NCBI RefSeq assembly: GCF_001194135.2
Contig: NC_068982.1
Coordinates: 7,049,216-7,113,215 of the forward strand
DNA: 64,000 nucleotides
Direction: 5' to 3'
Source of the DNA: Octopus bimaculoides
Lineage: Eukaryota
The notes under the pieces were generated by a model that worked only from the letters and a program-made list of their open reading frames with translations, was not told the DNA's origin and searched no databases. The position numbers and the translations under genes are program-made. Shown here piece after piece: positions 11,953 to 24,130 of this stretch; position 1 is the first letter of the stretch, and each line of letters opens with the position of its first letter.

Positions 11953-11974
11953 ATACAGACAGACAGACAGACAC

Positions 11975-12042
<68 letters not shown>
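11953..12042. repeat. (GACA)n(GATA)n microsatellite
   Basis: Direct reading. Confidence 0.95.
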
Positions 12043-12095
12043 TTCACTTTTGTAATTCCGCAATCCACCAGAAGCTCTCCATCGCTTAAATCCCC

Positions 12096-12464
12096 TGTTA
12101 AGGTTATCTCTACAGATATTTTATAGAAACCATGGCCGGCACTGACTTTTGTTACGATGTTTCGTATCCGAGACGTAAGATGTAAAAAAAACAGACAATG
12201 AGACCGAAGATGTAAACTGAGTAATGGGTGTATATGCCATATTTCGGAATTTTTGTCCTTTCAATGTGTTCGTGGAGGATTAATCGGTTAAATGGGTGCT
12301 GATGAAGGGGCAAAACTCCCGAAATGTGGCATATACGCCCATGAACATTTTTCATCTTCGATCTCATTGCTTGTTTACATCTGGCGTCTCGGATACTAAA
12401 CATCGTGACGGAAATCAGTGCTGTCTATAACTTCTATAGAATATCTGTAGAGATAAACTTAACA
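12096..12464. mobile_element. Foldback element: about 165-bp imperfect inverted arms (12096-12263 / 12303-12464), probably an inverted Penelope-like terminal repeat
   Basis: The left arm TGTTAAGGTTATCTCTACAGATATT...ATTTCGGAATTTTTGTCCTTTCA aligns end to end with the reverse complement of the right arm. A hammerhead motif lies at the centre. Confidence 0.85.
12292..12342 (+). ncRNA. Type I minimal hammerhead ribozyme
   Basis: ATGGGTG|CTGATGA|A|GGGG-CAAAAC-TCCC|GAAA|TGT-GGC-ATA|TA|CGCCCAT. Stem I is 7 bp, stem II 4 bp and stem III 3 bp; the NUH is AUA, with predicted cleavage after 12335. Confidence 0.7.
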
Positions 12465-12599
12465 AGTAATGTAAAATCGCACTGCTAACACAGAAGAACC
12501 TGGTATTGACTTTTAAAAACGTTTTATATACTTTATACTATAATATGGTCGAATAACAAAATACTGCATCCCTACAAGTCATTAACCTTCACTTAAAAT

Positions 12600-13380
12600 A
12601 TCTTTCTCTCCTCTCCTTTCTACAGAAACATCTTCTTTGATGTTTTCTATTCCTATAACTCTTCATACCTCTTACACTCTTCCTGCACCTCTCAAGTTTT
12701 TATTCCAGCTTGTTCCATCCCATACTCACACTCCACACCCTCTTACATACATCCCAAACTTTCAAGAACTCTTTCCCACCACTAACGAACCCTAACCATC
12801 TTTGTACGTAACGGGTCATGCAAACACTGCCTCCTTATAACTGCTCAGCACAAAACCTTTACTACACTACTTCACCCTTTCGGAAGCTATGGAATTTCAA
12901 GCAATCCATCCGCTCGTAGCTCTGTCACGTGTTTTATGCCAGATATTGTACTTCACTTCTGACACTATAGAAGTAGCTAGACGGGTGCCTGAAATCGATA
13001 TCTTTAGGCGTTTTTCTTTCATATCACCATCTCAACAAACTACCAGTGTCCCAAGCCTCCAAAACATTTACTCGCAGTTGTTCTACATTGATTCAAACAA
13101 AAGACAAGTCCTCCTCTCCGCAAAATTCGGTAAAGTTACTCACCAGCGCAATTTCTGCAAGACCAGTATCCGGTTTGCAAATAATGGCCTCCCGCATCAC
13201 ACTGCCCTCAGGCTTTCTCACCTGCCAAACAGCAGCCGATCCTTTTGTTCCTTATCCACGTGATTTACATCAAATCATCTTTTCTTCCTCTTCTGAATAA
13301 TAATGGCCCCGTAAGAAGTATTCTTATAGAGAAAGCGTTCATCTTTGTAGCCCACTTTGCATCCAGCTCCACACAAGACA
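12600..13380 (-). mobile_element. Decayed L1/Tx1-clade LINE 3' region
   Basis: Purine-rich minus strand with frameshifted FCGEE...LLFE...FWRLG (zinc-finger-like) and YVQRWLGFV...VWDVCKRVW segments. Confidence 0.4.
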
Positions 13381-13402
13381 CGCTTGGCCAAATCTCTACA
13401 AA

Positions 13403-13618
13403 TATTCTTTTCTACTCTAGGCACAAGGCCCGAAACTTTGGAGGAGGGGAATGTCGATTACATCGACCCAGTACGCAACTGGTACTTAATTTATCAACCC
13501 TGAAAGGATGAAAGGCAAAGTCGACCTCGCTGGAAGTTGAACTCAGAACGTAGAGACAGACGAAATACCGCTAAGTATTTTACCTGGCGTGCTAACGTTT
13601 CTACTAGCTCACCGCCCT
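13403..13618 (-). mobile_element. SINE family B, tail type 1, perfect 14-bp TSD
   Basis: Complete copy; CAAATCTCTACAAA at 13389-13402 and 13619-13632. Confidence 0.93.
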
Positions 13619-13689
13619 CAAATCTCTACAAAAGGAATATCCAAAGGAGAAAGTCTTTAAGTAATTTTGTTTATCTTGGTATTTAATAC

Positions 13690-15130
13690 GTCATCATTTC
13701 TGTTATGCAAATCCATAACATTTCTGTTATGGCTACATGCAGCTACTAGAGATATCAATTTAACCCATAATTTCTTTGTGGCGGACCTGAAGATCTATGT
13801 TTACTATGCCAAAAGACAGCTGGTTATGACATTTTTCAGTTGCCATAGAAATGGTCACACGAAATGTTCATGTTTGACAGTTGAACGTAGTCAGTCAGTT
13901 TCCATAAGCCCAAAGTCTGTACATCACCGGTCTCACTATCTCTCTTGTGCCATAGAAAAAAAGAATGCATTAATAAAAATATATCGTATGATAGCACTAT
14001 GAATAAAGGTAGAATTACCCGAGAATATTACATAAGACTTAGCAAAATATGACAGTCGGTTCTCTCTTCCTACCAGACTTTAACCAGCAACACATTCACA
14101 GTACCAGTGCCGATACCAACATTTGATACCTTGATACTTGATTGACAGGCAGAGGAAATCCACTTCACAGACATTAAAACTCGCTGGATCTCGATATTAA
14201 CTGGATACTTCCAACGAAACAATGACATTGACAGACTCTAACTAAGAAGAGATGAAAGAGGAAGAGGCTTCACAGCAGTGCAGACAGCTTCCGAACAACA
14301 TGTAGTCTCTTTCGTACAAAACTTGCTAAACAACAGCTACAAAAGTCATATAAACGAAGCGCTGAAAAGCGAAAATAACAATGTTCCACGTGTCGTAAGT
14401 ATTCTGTTTCTGAGCACCTCCCACACAGCCAAACTATTCTACGTCGAAAAGGACTTGTCCTAGATATGAAACGAAAACAAATCATCATACATGGATATAT
14501 TCACCGAAGACTTGAAGATGGTAAAGCCTTCCATAGGCTGTGACTGCTACATCAAATCACACTCCAAAAGCTATACATTTGCAGTCAAAGAGCAAGAAAC
14601 TACTACAAAATATTTTATAAACAAAAGAGCTCCAAGATACAGCCAAAGATGTCGATTATGTCATATTTTTGTGGAAGACATCACACACGGGATCAGCAGC
14701 TGTCGAAAAATGTCATCGAGTTACTGCCTCCTAATGCGACAAAATATTATATAATGCCATCCGAAAAAAAGGGATTGCTCTGGGATAAATATAGAGAATC
14801 TCTGGTATTGAATAAATGCATAACCTTCAACACAAAGAATATGGATGGAGCATTCGTATCAACATTCTATCAAGTGGAAATGACAAGCCGGATATCGTTA
14901 TTTGGGGGAGACAAGAAAATGCTTGTACCGCCATAGAGGTAAATTGTCCTGCTGATGTGAATATCACTTCGAAAAGCAAAGAGAAACTAAATAATTCCGA
15001 CACCTTCAGCTTTCATACCCAGATTATAAATTCACATTAATATCTATGCACATTGGTACACTTGATTTGATTTTGTGACTAAATATCTAAGTGACATTCA
15101 GAAAACTTAGAAGAAAGAAAGCAACCAGCG
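13690..15130 (+). mobile_element. Decayed R4/Dong-clade LINE: RT C-half, CCHC knuckle, restriction-like endonuclease
   Basis: THNFFVADLKIY (RT catalytic region), RITREYYIRLSKI*...DIDRL*LRRDERGRG, CRLCHIFVEDITHGISSC (CCHC) and KPDIVIWG...AIEVNCPAD (PD-(D/E)xK), with multiple stops and frameshifts. Confidence 0.85.
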
Positions 15131-15166
15131 AACGCACTCATTACATATACAATATAGAAGTGAAAA

Positions 15167-15385
15167 AAGGCGGTGAGCTGGCAGAAACGTTAGCACACCG
15201 GGCGAAATGCTTAGTGGGATTTCGTCTGTCTCTACGTTCTGAGTTCAAATTCCACCCAGGTCGACTATGCCTTTCATCCTTTCTGGGTCGATAAATTAAG
15301 TACCAGTTGCGTACTCGAGTCAATCTAATTGACTGGCCCACTCCCCCAAAATTTCGGACCTTGTGCCTTCAGTAGAAAAGAATAT
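15167..15385 (+). mobile_element. SINE family B, tail type 1, with TSD
   Basis: Complete copy; AATATAGAAGTG(G)AAAA at 15151-15166 and 15381-15397. Confidence 0.92.
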
Positions 15386-15440
15386 AGAAGTGGAAAAGTA
15401 AGAATATCCAAGAGTTTCTTGAGTTCAGCACGTGACTTTC

Positions 15441-15497
15441 TTTCCCTTATCTTTTATCGTTAACTTGTTTCAGTCATTAGACTGCGGCCATGCTAGA
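15441..15497 (-). mobile_element. SINE family A tail fragment
   Basis: ACTTGTTTCAGTCATTAGACTGCGGCCATGCT. Confidence 0.75.
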
Positions 15498-15997
15498 GAT
15501 AGTGGCCAAATCTTTGGATGGGAGATACGTTGAATGCACTCGAAAAAACTATTTCACACTGAGTTTACGAACGGGTCTTTTACGAAATATCTACAGTATT
15601 TATGAAGTCATTTTCACTTTAGAATACTTTTTAAATATGCACCCTACCACAATTTTTTGTAATTGTATCAATTGAAAATAATTTTAAAATATATGAAAAC
15701 ATTGTCTGTTTAAAGAAAGGTAAAATATACATACTTACTGTACAAACAGCTTATATTTTTTAAAGTATTTGTAAATGATTAAAATATTGCGTTTAACAAA
15801 AACGAAAGTATAAATAGTAAAAAAAAATAAAACGATCTTTTCTTCGTTATCAAGTTTCTGTCTAGAAGCAAGAGTTTCTTCCTTTTCGGGATGAAGATTA
15901 TTTTCGGAACATTTTCCCATTATGCACCGTTTTGGGCATTTACACCTTGAAAATCTCTAATATCTCGAAAGCGACTTTCGCGATTTATAAGTATATT

Positions 15998-16039
<42 letters not shown>

Positions 16040-16066
16040 CATATATGTATGCATGTATATATCTTT

Positions 16067-16820
16067 CAGGTTGCAGGGAGCAACTAATTCCTTCCGGTCT
16101 CTTCAGTCTCGTGTCTGGTCCCAGCATGGCATAGCAAGGCAACCAAAAGCTGCTGTGTACCGTGCATGTGTACTGACATCGTTCCTCTACTCATGTGAGA
16201 CATGTACAACGTCAGGTAAGGGTCCTTGAACGCTTTCATCAGAGATGTCTCAGATACATTCTCAATATTGGATGGACCTCAAAAATTCCAGACACACAGA
16301 TCCTGAGGACAGCTGATATCTTGAGTATTGATGCAACGGTGCACAACCAACGGTTACGTTGGACTGGACACCTTTTTAGAATGAAGGATAGCAGGATTCC
16401 TAAGCAGATGCTCTATGGAGAACTTGTGAATGGAAGGAGACGCCTGCAGAAACCAAGGCTGCGTTTTAAGGACTGTGTCAAGTCTTCATTAAAGGCCTGT
16501 GATATGCAAGACACTGACTGGGATAACAATGCCTGTCATCGCCACAGATGGAGGAAGCAGGTTAAGGAGGGGATCGACACTTTAGAGAGAGCACGTATCC
16601 AGCATGAAGGACTTAAGCTAGCTGCGCGAAAGCGCACGGCTCGTATAGTGAATGGGGAAAGCTTGGTCTGCAATGTTTGCAGTCGTGTATGCTTGTCAAG
16701 AGCAGGGCTCATTAGCCACCGACGGAGCCGAAAATGCAAAATATAAGTTAGTCCTAGAGCGCACAATGTTCCCGAAGGTCGGCGATGCTCTTCTTCTGTC
16801 ACGAGTGGACGGCCATCATC
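16067..16820 (+). mobile_element. 5'-truncated RTE-clade (BovB-like) LINE
   Basis: ORF 16195-16746 reads LERFHQRCLRYIL...RLRWTGHLFRMKDSRIPKQMLYGEL...RFKDCVK and ends in the zinc finger CNVCSRVCLSRAGLISHRR. The 3' end is GGACGGCCATCATC. Confidence 0.92.
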
Positions 16821-16837
16821 CTGTATAAGATAAAAAC

Positions 16838-17084
16838 AATAAAGCTCCTCCCAGAGTCACATAGCTACATAGGGCTGGATTCCACGTTTCACTGTCACAT
16901 ATAGTCTGCTCCTGGAAGGGATGCCGGTGCGTCGCACGATTACTTATTTTGGCCAGCTGAATGAACTGGAGTAATGAGAAATCAAGTGTTTTGATCCAGA
17001 ACACAACGCCTTGTTCTGTCCAGGAATCGAAACCACAATCTTACGATTATGAGTTCAACATCTCTAACCAGTTAGCCACGCGCC
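16838..17084 (-). mobile_element. SINE family E (tRNA head, V-domain-like middle)
   Basis: Minus strand GGCGCGTGGCTAACTGGTTAGAG...GGTTTCGATTCCTGG, then CAGCTGGCC...GCACCGGCATCCCTTCCAGG. Confidence 0.75.
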
Positions 17085-17544
17085 TATACACACATACACA
17101 CACACACACGTATACGGACGCGCATATATACACACCTATACACAAACTTCCTTGGTTCTTCTAATTGCAAGTGTCTTTTTATTTTGTTCTGGACTTTTTA
17201 AACTTCTTTGTTTTGCTTGTTTTTTTCTTATTCTCTTTCGTTCTCCCTCTTTTTAATATCTATTGATATCTCTTACTTACTTCCCCTTGTCTGTCATTTT
17301 AATTTCTTTATGAATTGTTCCTGTCATGTATGTATGGAAATTACTTCATCTCTTTGATAAAGTAAGCAATATCATTCTTCGGTTTTATGTGATGTGATTT
17401 TAGGATCAGAGATACGCAGGAAATTATTTTAGGAATTCGATTGTTTGCTTAAGAATACATTAGCCGAAATAGATTTGCGCTACAATGGACTGTTTTTGGT
17501 GAATTCCTCATATACGTAAACAGAAATGCCGTTTCCCAATTTGC

Positions 17545-17598
<54 letters not shown>

Positions 17599-17600
<2 letters not shown>

Positions 17601-17950
17601 TCTCAAAGCTCGTTTTTCCAACGTTCAACACTTTACATCGTCTTGGTTTAACAGCCCTCACCGTTTGTTTTTACTGTTTTGTTCTCACTGGCCTGTTTTT
17701 GCAACCACTTTAACCCTCCGCAGAAGGGAATGGCTGTTTGAACGAAGTCGCGTCTTGTCCTAACCTTCGAAACGCAGAGTAGATAAAACAGGGGACAACT
17801 GATGAAGGAGAATGTTTTTTATGTTTTTTGTCTCGTTTCTCTGTTTGTTTGTTTCTTTTTCGATGTTCGAAAATAAGTTCGTTTTCTATGTTTTTGTTTT
17901 TTATGTTCTCGTTTCTTATTCTGTCTATGTTTTTTTGATATCCTGTACCC
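17599..17950. mobile_element. Unclassified 350-bp interspersed-repeat-like segment bounded on both sides by (TA)n
   Basis: (TA)n at about 17546-17598 and 17951-18052 with a non-TA body; no TIRs and no ORF. Confidence 0.4.
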
Positions 17951-17999
17951 ATATATATGTAGATATGTACATATATGTATGTATATATGCATATATTTA

Positions 18000-18055
<56 letters not shown>

Positions 18056-18121
18056 TAAAGGAGAGAGAAAAAGAGTGAGAGAGAGAGAGAGATACATATT
18101 ATTCATTTAATGTACACAATA

Positions 18122-18300
18122 TACAGTTACGAGCTACTAATAGTTTCATGCATTAGAGATATAAACTAGGCAATTTTTTGTATAGGCCATATGCTCAGAA
18201 CCTATCGATTGCCTGGATACACACGGCGTGTTATTAAAACATTCCTAATTTACATCTCCAATGGATAAATCTATTAGTAGCCTCAAATATATACTGTGTA
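18122..18300. mobile_element. Small MITE-like element with imperfect TIRs
   Basis: GAGCTACTAATAG near the left end and CTATTAGTAGCCTC near the right end. The left-end sequence recurs at about 19220. Confidence 0.45.
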
Positions 18301-18429
18301 CATTAAATAACATTTATCTCTCACTGGATGGAGTACTTACTTTCTCCAGCTTACGTTACATACATACGTACATACATACATACATACATACACACACGTA
18401 TTTATATATATATCTATATNNNNNNNNNN

Positions 18430-18471
<42 letters not shown>

Positions 18472-18480
18472 TTCATGTAC

Positions 18481-18587
18481 ATAGCACTATGAATAAAGAT
18501 AGAATTACCCGAGAATATTACATAAGACTTAGCAAAATATGACAGTCGGTTCTCTCTTCCTACGAGACTTTAACCAGCAACACATTC
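18481..18587 (+). repeat. 107-bp near-identical copy of 13991-14097 (piece of the decayed R4/Dong LINE)
   Basis: Only two mismatches (14009/18499 and 14074/18564). Confidence 0.92.
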
Positions 18588-18780
18588 GCTTCTGATTGGC
18601 TAAAATAACCAAATTTTGCAAATTTTGCAAATTTTAAAGGCTAATAACTTTTTAATCATGGATTTACAGGAAAAGTGAATTTCATTTTCATAATTAGTAT
18701 GCAAAACGTAATCCATATACAAAATTTGAAAACGTTTGGAGCAAAATTGTATACAGTGACGAAAACCACATAGATCCTAG

Positions 18781-19059
18781 CTACATGCACATCATGCAGG
18801 TCCCTCAGGTACTTTGGAAGGATATTGAAGAGTTGTGGATCCTTAGAACCCAAGCTGCTGCAGCATCTAGTCCTGCATTTTGATGGTGTTTCTGCGAATT
18901 TTGGAATTATGCAGTCTCGCCCCGTTCTGCTGTTTGTGTAACTTTCAACGTCAAAGTTTGGTACAAGGCCTTCTAGAATTTTCTCGGTACGTATCACTGA
19001 AGATATGTATCTTTCCCGCCTTCGTTCTATGGAGAAGAGTTTTAACTCTTTCGGTCTTT
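18781..19059 (-). mobile_element. CR1-clade LINE fragment
   Basis: ERRRERY...KILEGLVPNF...YTNSRTGRDCI...PQLFNILPKYLRDLH. Confidence 0.85.
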
Positions 19060-20858
19060 CCATATATACATACACACACACACATGCACACACACACCCT
19101 CACACACACACACACACACACACACACGGATTATAACACTACATATAACGGATTATAACACGACATATAAACAAACTTTAATATATTCGAACACACACAA
19201 ACACACACACAATTACAAAAGAGCTACTAATAGTTTCATACTTTAAGGTACGTTAATTTGACAGATTTACTTAACATGTCATGTATCTCCAAGCAATCTT
19301 TCCGGCTCATTTAAAAACGTTAGTTGTATTAAAAAAAAAGAAAAAAAGGTCATTGGTCTAGATGAAAACGTGAGAAAGAATATAAATGAAGAAAAAAATG
19401 CGAAGGAGTTTGATACGGAAGTGGATCGGAAAAGTAGAAATGTAAGTAAAACAAGATCCTATTTATAATGGAACTGTGAACTATATATATAGTGGAAAGA
19501 ACGATAATTATTAATTACATATAGTAAATGTCTATAGTAATACTCAGGAATGCAGTGCAGTTATGTCGTTGACATTCCTGCACGTGAATAATTGATGAAG
19601 ATGCCAGAAAAATTAATTACTAATTTGCAGTGCCATCGATACTGGCATCTGTGCATCAAGGCGTTGAAAGTAGTTCCTTCGCTAAAGTTAGAATCAAATG
19701 CTTATATTATATGGTTACAGAAATGATTACGGCTGCCATTCACGCAAAAGATTTTCGTAGAAGTAATACATTTGTCTGTTTGATAAATACACGAAACTAA
19801 AACTCATTCAGCAGTAATATAATGTTTTTTTCTGTATTATTCCATAAGTCAAGTAATTTCGTTCACCATAGAAAATATCGTTTTTCTATCTGTGTTTTGT
19901 TTTAAGTTTTTATTATACACTGATTTACGAAGCTTTTCAAATTGATGGAAATTTCTTGTCTGTATCAGCGCTTATTTTCTTTGGTTACAAGTAAAAACGA
20001 CCGACCACATCCAAAGACCTAAATATATCTTCATACATCACTACATACATGAGAATATGTGTGTGTATGTGTCTGTATTGGCAGGCGTATGTATGGGCGT
20101 GGGTACACACACACACACACATACACACACAAATACACAAACATAAATATTTACGTGCTTATATGCGTGCGTGTGGCGTGTGAGCGTACAAATGTATCTC
20201 TTAATACACAAATAAATAAATTTGTATATGTTTATATATATATATATATNNNNNNNNNNNNNNNNNNNNNNNNNNNNNNNNNNNNNNNNNNNNNNNNNNN
20301 NNNNNNNNNNNNNNNNNNNNNNNNNNNNTATGCATCAATATATAAAAATATATACACACATATATATACTCTGATATATTTATATATAAATACTTACATA
20401 AACATTAATAAGCTGTGTCTGTGTACAAGTATTCATATATGTATATACTACCTGCACACTTGCGAAATTATTATATGCGTGTCTGCATGTGTGCGTGTCT
20501 GTGAATGTGAGGGCAATTGTGTGTGTGTGTGTGTGTGTTTGTATGTGTGTGTTTGTATGTACCTGCATATACATATTATATTATGTGCCATCGTGCAGTC
20601 GTTTTTGTTTCTCAACAACTTGGCTATGATGATATCATTCTATTTCTGTTCTTTAGCGTCGATATGATCATCAACCTGCCCTTTATTTTTGCGCTGGTGG
20701 ATTCATGTATTTTTAATACGATTTGGCTACCTGACTGCTATCGGGGACAAATAGTTGTTGCCCTATACTTATTTCAAGAAGCACTTATCTATTTTCACTT
20801 TAATTTCCTATTTTCTGTCTTCTAATCACAGTTTATTTTTTCTGAATGATTGCGTTAC

Positions 20859-21022
20859 CTGATTCTGGCATTGAGGTCAACAGTTTCTTCTAGATTCACC
20901 GATGGTTGTGCAGATGCATAGTTAGAGATAAAAATCTCTGAACTTGTTCCAGAGTTCATCCCTATAGAACAGTTATCATCATCAGGGGTTCATATGGCCC
21001 TTGCTGCTGCACGTTAGATTTT
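20859..21022 (-). other. Candidate exon of an unidentified transcript
   Basis: Acceptor TTTTTAACAG| (alternative CTATAG| at 20961) and donor CAG|GTAACG. The 3' part is open as MNSGTSSEIFISNYASAQPSVNLEETVDLNARI. Confidence 0.3.
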
Positions 21023-21419
21023 CTGTTAAAAATTCATGGAAAATAAACTGATTATATATCTGCAATACAAAAATATTTAAAAATATGTTATACAGTTCCT
21101 AATGTTATTTAATTATAAATATGTAAAATCAGGTTTTAGACATCGATTGGCTTTTTTTATTCTCTCCCTTTCTTGAATAAAATAGTAATCAAATTGTCCA
21201 TAGGTGAAAAATGGTTGAGAAACACTGCTATAGAACATCGTTATACAATTAGCTGAGAAATCTATTGGTTTGGCAACAGGAGAAGAAATATTGCTTTGAT
21301 GACACTAACGAAGAAATCTTAGATTTCGCCAAATGCAAAGCAGGAAGTCCATGTTTCCTCTGAACATGATCCAACATTCATTGGGAATAAATCACAATTT
21401 CAGGATCTCACACAGAAAT

Positions 21420-21780
21420 GTCAAGCACGAAACAGAGACTTTCAGATGAAATGGCGATGACAAATGCCGAGAGAACTTGAAAATAGCTATCTGCAAAATT
21501 TTTAAGCACGAACCATCGTTGTGTACGCCAACCTCCTGTCATTAGGAGTACACCCAAGACGTATGGAAGAGCTGACAGAAGATTTAAACGCCTACTGACC
21601 AGGAAGATCATCATCGCAAAAAACCTTTCTACAAAACCTAACACAACATTGTCCACGAAATTCGTTATCACTCCCACGTAGTCTCGAAAATCGACCAAAG
21701 CTATCAATAGAGTGCACCCAAAGAAAGCATTCGGCCCAGGGAGAATTCCTCAGGAACTTACCCATAAAAGAGCCTTACAG
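21420..21780 (+). mobile_element. Decayed LINE fragment (pre-RT region, L2/Rex-like)
   Basis: TQDVWKS and KAINRVHPKKAFGPGRIP resemble the KA.GPD.IP motif preceding LINE RT domains. Confidence 0.45.
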
Positions 21781-21809
21781 TTAAAGTAGAATACTTTTTT
21801 ATATTTATA

Positions 21810-21988
21810 GGCGCGGGAGTGGCTGTGTGGTAAGTATCTTGATAAAAAAAAACACATGGTACCGGGTTCAGTCCCACTGCGTGGCACTTTGGGCAAGTGT
21901 CTTCTACTATAGCCTCGGGCCAACCAAAGCCTTGTGAGTGGATTTAGCAGATGGAAACTGAAAGAGGCTCGTCGTATATATGTATATG

Positions 21989-22026
<38 letters not shown>

Positions 22027-23030
22027 NNNNNNNNNNNNNNNNNNNNNNNNNNNNNNNNNNNNNNNNNNNNNNNNNNNNNNNNNNNNNNNNNNNNNNNNNN
22101 NNNNNNNNNNNNNNNNNNNNNNNNNNNNNNNNNNNNNNNNNNNNNNNNNNNNNNNNNNNNNNNNNNNNNNNNNNNNNNNNNNNNNNNNNNNNNNNNNNNN
22201 NNNNNNNNNNNNNNNNNNNNNNNNNNNNNNNNNNNNNNNNNNNNNNNNNNNNNNNNNNNNNNNNNNNNNNNNNNNNNNNNNNNNNNNNNNNNNNNNNNNN
22301 NNNNNNNNNNNNNNNNNNNNNNNNNNNNNNNNNNNNNNNNNNNNNNNNNNNNNNNNNNNNNNNNNNNNNNNNNNNNNNNNNNNNNNNNNNNNNNNNNNNN
22401 NNNNNNNNNNNNNNNNNNNNNNNNNNNNNNNNNNNNNNNNNNNNNNNNNNNNNNNNNNNNNNNNNNNNNNNNNNNNNNNNNNNNNNNNNNNNNNNNNNNN
22501 NNNNNNNNNNNNNNNNNNNNNNNNNNNNNNNNNNNNNNNNNNNNNNNNNNNNNNNNNNNNNNNNNNNNNNNNNNNNNNNNNNNNNNNNNNNNNNNNNNNN
22601 NNNNNNNNNNNNNNNNNNNNNNNNNNNNNNNNNNNNNNNNNNNNNNNNNNNNNNNNNNNNNNNNNNNNNNNNNNNNNNNNNNNNNNNNNNNNNNNNNNNN
22701 NNNNNNNNNNNNNNNNNNNNNNNNNNNNNNNNNNNNNNNNNNNNNNNNNNNNNNNNNNNNNNNNNNNNNNNNNNNNNNNNNNNNNNNNNNNNNNGGGGTA
22801 TGTGAGTAGGGGGTGGGTGGTGGGTGTAAGGAATTGGATGGGGTGGAGTGGGAAGGTAGAGTAGGAGTGTGTTGGGGTGTGGTGGGATGAGCTTATGAGG
22901 GGGTGTTGACGATGGTGTGTGTGTGTGTGTGTGTGTTTGTGTGTCTATGTCTGTCCCCCTAATATCGCTTGACAACCGATGCTGATGTGTTTACGTCCAC
23001 GTAAATTAGCGGTTCGGCAAAAAGAGACGC
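21810..23030 (+). mobile_element. SINE family A interrupted by an expanded internal microsatellite and gap
   Basis: Head and CORE-like part at 21810-21975; downstream part ATCGCTTGACAACCGATGCTG...TTAGCGGTTCGGCAAAAAGAGAC at about 22945-23030. Confidence 0.75.
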
Positions 23031-23879
23031 TAACGTTTCTGCCAGCTCGCCGCCTTCCACTCGCGATAAAATATTGAAAGAAATACGTATTCATTAGTTA
23101 GTGCTGGTATAGTACCCTCGTTTGCACAAAGATTTCTTTCAGAGAATTTTTGGAAAAATGTTGAATAGTCCTCAAACTATATTTTCAGCATAACTGTAAT
23201 TAAGAAACAATGTCAAGATGCGTTAAATATTTCTCTCCCTAATGTTTTTCATGTGAAATTTCGATGAGATATTCTACGCCATCAGAAAGGTAATTGCAGA
23301 AAATTTCATTAGAAATACTCATATTTCTAAACTTATGTGGAAATGAAATTTGTGAGTGGAGAGTTACACAGTTGAAGTTATTCGCAATTGGCGTAAGTTA
23401 ATTTAAGTTTTCTTATTTAGTTTTCTATTACTTCAACAAAAGCCTACGCATATGAAGGATATTATGATCAATGTAACTTGGCTCACACTAGATTAAACTT
23501 ATTATTTGTAGAAAAAAATAGCATTGCAATTACCTGGGCAACCTTTATATTTGCAACACAATAAAGAGAGGTTAAAAAATACAACCCCGCAGCAAATTGA
23601 AATATTGCATTGTATATGATTTGTGATTGAAGCACGTATCTCAAATATCCAATAATAAAAGATAATTCAAAACCGCATTCTGATGAAAATATATTAAAAC
23701 GGGAATTTAGGAAAAATTTCTAGTCTAGACTTTTATAATTGTTCTTTAAATAAAAGTTACATAATTCCAGTTAATTAATAACCTGTTTTCTCCGTTATAG
23801 TACAGATGCACACACATTGAAAAGTTTGATATAACTCAAGTACACATTCTGTTAGTCAACTTTAACTAAATTTACTACA

Positions 23880-24130
23880 CTTTCTAATCTTGGCACCGGG
23901 GAGTAATCGATTACAAGGGACTAATCGATTTAGAGGGATTAATCGATTACATTGGAGGAAAGAATTAACCGATTACATCGATTGATTAGTACTTTTTAGT
24001 ACCTACTTTTTAGTACCTATTTTACTGATCCTTGAAGGAGGAGAATTGATCCCGGCGTCATTTTGACCCAGAATGTAACGAGCCAAAAGAAATGCTGCTA
24101 AGAGCCTTTTCTGATACGCGAACGTTCTTG
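23880..24130 (-). mobile_element. SINE family B, highly degenerate, with internal duplications of AATCGATTA
   Basis: Residual tail, Meta-like and head segments. Confidence 0.5.

Noticed and set aside
17765-17812. GAAAC...CTGATGAAGG as a possible type II hammerhead
   Set aside because: Stem I cannot form and stem III would be a single pair.
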